Shown: piece after piece, positions 40,901-43,189 of the stretch | Layout of the letters: each line of letters begins with the position of its first letter | How positions within the stretch are numbered: the stretch's first letter is position 1 | NCBI GenBank assembly: GCA_943704415.1 | Contig: CALSCO010001072.1 | Coordinates: 1 to 43,189, forward strand | DNA from: Parvularia atlantis | Taxonomy: Eukaryota | Reading direction: 5' to 3' | DNA length: 43,189 bases | Made by a program: the position numbers and the translations under genes | Notes under the pieces: model-generated | The model's database searches: none | What the model was told of the DNA's origin: nothing | The model's input: only the letters and a program-made list of their open reading frames with translations

Positions 40901-42972
40901 GACGGTGCACGAGCGCATCATGCTGCTGATCGACGAGGGCTCATGGTGCGCGAATGCCCCTTTGCTGGTCGCTGAGCCCTGACACGCCGTGTCAAGGCGG
41001 CCGCTCGGCGCGCTGGCAGGCCGTGCGCAGTTCAACCGCGCGACGGGCAAGATTGAGGAGTTCACGCCGGCCAACTTTGTGTCCGGCCGCGCGACGATCT
41101 GCCGACGCCCTGTCGTGGTCGGCGGCGACGATTTTACAATCCGCGGCGGGCACGCCGACGGAGGGCTCATGTTCAAGCAAGGCGTGTGCGCACGGGTCGG
41201 ACCAGTGCATGTGGATGACGTGACGGTCGCCTCGCAGTGCAAACGGAGGTGCTCGCGCGCGAGTTGCGGGTGCCGATTGTGCGCCTACTGGACGGGTCGA
41301 GCGGTGCGCTTTTTTTTTTGGCTGGTCGTGCTGCGCTCTGCTGACGTGCGCGGCAGGCGGCGGGTCGGTCAAGAGCTACGAGCAGATGGGCATGACGTGC
41401 GCACGCAACGCGGGCTTCGTCAACGTGGCCTAACGGCGCAGCGCGGCAGGTACATCCCGCGCATGTACGGCTGGAACGCGCAGATGGCCGCGCTGGCCGA
41501 GATCCCCGTCTGCGCGGCGCTGCTCGGGCCGGTCGTGGGCGCGGGCGCGGCGCGGGCTGTCACGTCGCACTTCTCAGTGATGGTCAAGGGCGTCTCCCAG
41601 ATGTTTGCCGCGGGCCCGCCGATCGTGCATCAGGCCACCGGTGCGCAGACATCACCGCGGATGGTTCAGCGGGCTCATGTGCGCTCGGCGATGCAGGCGA
41701 TTCGACCGTGACAAAGGAGAGCCTGGGCGGCTGGCGCGTGCACGCGGTCAACGGGTCGGTCGACAACGTGGCCGACAGCGAAGCTGGTGCGTACGACACG
41801 GCGCGCTCACTGTGCCGATGGCGCACGTCGACGCGCGCTTGTGCAGAGGCCATTGAGCAGATCAAGACGTTCCTGAACTTCATGCCGCCGAACGCATGGA
41901 CGCTGCCCACGCGTGTGCTGTCGGACGACCCTCGTACGCCCGCGTCGGTGCCTGCGCACCGCGAGCTGCGTGCATCTGATGCACACGCGCTGCAGCCGAG
42001 CGCATGGAGCCGGCACTGCTGTCGTTGATCCCGCGCGACCGCCGCAAGCCATACGACCCGCGCGCGCTCGTCGGGCACGTCGTCGACCGCGACAGCTTCT
42101 TCGAGGTGAGCGCGGTTGTGCGCCAGGCGTGAATGTCGGCTGATGCCGCGGCAGATTGGCCGGCTGTGGGGCGCGAGCGTTGTGTGCGGCTTTGCACGTG
42201 TGGACGGCTTTGTCGGTGCGCGCTGGTTGATGCCGCGTTTCATGCTGTTTCTCGGCTCACCGACACCGCGATAGTCGGTGTCGTTGCGAACGACTGTGCG
42301 TTTGACGGCGGCGCGATGACGGCACACGCGAGCCAGAAGCTGCGGCGGCATGTGGTGCGCGGCCGTGGTGCGAGCGGGTGGTGCTGACGTGCGCGCGCAT
42401 AAACACCAGGACCTGTGCTCGGCGTTCCACCTGCCTGTGGTGGACTTTGTCGACCAGCCAGGCTTCCTCGTCGGCACCGAGGCCGAGGCCGCCGCGACGC
42501 TGCGGCACGGTGGCCAGTGCATGGCGTCGCTCATGCTCTCGCCCAGCCCGTTCTTCACGTGCATTGTGCGCCGCGCCTTTGGTGTGGCGGGCGCGGCCGT
42601 CGCGGCGCGGCACGACATCGACGTGCGCGTGGCGTGGCCGTCGGGCGACTGGGGCTCGCTGCCGGTTGAGGGCGGGCTCGAGGCGGCCTTCAAGCGCGAC
42701 TTGGCCAACGCGCCCGACGCCGACAAGCTCAAGGCCGAGGTGCGTGCCGGCGTGCCGGCGCCGTGCTCGTGTGCCTGACACGGCCGCAGATCCTCGCGCG
42801 CATCGAGGAGCTGCGCAAGCCCGTCCGGTTAGCGCTCGCGTTCCAGGTCGAGGACATCATCGACCCGCGTGAGACACGGCCGCTGCTGTGCGAGTGGGTG
42901 CGCCTCGTCTACGACCGTCTCGCGCACGGCGACGCACTCGGGCCCGTGCGAACGGGTGTGTGGCGGCCGTGA
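37953..42972 (+). CDS. Single-chain biotin-dependent acyl-CoA carboxylase (BC-BCCP-CT; ~23 introns)
   Basis: BC domain: [63 protein letters not shown]. Biotinyl domain: IMKMEH. CT domain: [71 protein letters not shown]. Confidence 0.92.
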
Positions 42973-43023
42973 GCGTGTGGGACGGCAAGTCAAGCAATCA
43001 TGCTAGCGCTAAACGCACTCACG

Positions 43024-43137
43024 TCAGTGCGCCCCCGTGGCCTTCAGCGTCAGACGACACAGCCGCGCTGTTAGCCCTGTGAGCTGCACGAGCGACTGCA
43101 CGCCCTCGACGATGCGCAGGTGGGTCATGCCGATCTC
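43024..43137 (-). CDS. RFC2: Last exon of replication factor C small subunit (RFC2/RFC40; yeast Rfc4); gene continues beyond the window
   Basis: After a CTCAC..GTGCAG acceptor the exon reads EIGMTHLRIVEGVQSLVQLTGLTARLCRLTLKATGAH*. This matches the RFC2 C-terminal pattern EIGxTHMxIxEGVxSLLQxxGLLARL. Confidence 0.85.
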   Translation of the reverse strand, partial: EIGMTHLRIVEGVQSLVQLTGLTARLCRLTLKATGAH

Positions 43138-43189
43138 CTGCACGCGCGCGAGGGGGGTGAGCGCGGCGCGGCGTGGCGCGCGGGGGGGG

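Noticed and set aside
1138..42789. Introner or transposon origin of the many short and GC-AG introns
   Set aside because: I saw no shared internal sequence, terminal inverted repeats or target-site duplications among introns beyond splice signals and GCGC runs. An all-vs-all BLASTn would be the formal test.
13199..43137. Functional DNA-repair gene cluster (BRCA1-like, FANCD2, RFC2)
   Set aside because: The genes are separated by unrelated housekeeping genes, and chance proximity in a compact genome is sufficient without synteny evidence.

Overview
This is a very GC-rich, gene-dense eukaryotic genomic segment, not a prokaryotic one. About 18 protein-coding genes are split by roughly 150 short spliceosomal introns (my hand count; mostly 45-70 nt). 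Intron signals are a GTGCGY donor, a CTGAC/CTCAC/CTRAY branch site, a YAG or often AAG acceptor, and almost no polypyrimidine tract. The ORF track is therefore mostly exon fragments and GC-driven shadow ORFs, so I rebuilt the gene models by hand. Gene order: RING-Bbox TRIM-like paralog (partial, -), FNDC3-like 9xFN3+TM (+), unknown 4-TM protein (+), FAF1/FAF2-like UAS-UBX (-), class I/II PLP aminotransferase (+), RING-Bbox-Bbox-CC-NHL TRIM-like with a frameshift (+), BRCA1/BARD1-like (-), RPL7A (+), ECI1 (-), sphingosine kinase-like (+), ABHD18 (+), FANCD2 (-), bMERB-hairpin/CAAX protein (+), cytosolic ThrRS (-), RalGPS-like (+), NUDT8-like (-), single-chain BC-BCCP-CT carboxylase (+), RFC2 3' end (-). 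Gene content (FNDC3, RalGPS, TRIM-NHL, BARD1-type RING) suggests a unicellular opisthokont; this is inference only. Most notable observations: (1) about 11 GC-AG introns (~7%), all AG|GC; (2) an 8-nt microexon carrying the catalytic serine of ABHD18; (3) head-to-head genes whose start codons are only 18-38 bp apart, with a CTCGAYGTTCGA motif shared by three divergent intergenic regions; (4) E2F-type sites just upstream of both BRCA1/BARD1-like and FANCD2; (5) a half-bMERB prenylated protein; (6) five consecutive in-frame, stop-free introns in the BRCT region. No tRNA, rRNA, CRISPR array or transposon could be supported.
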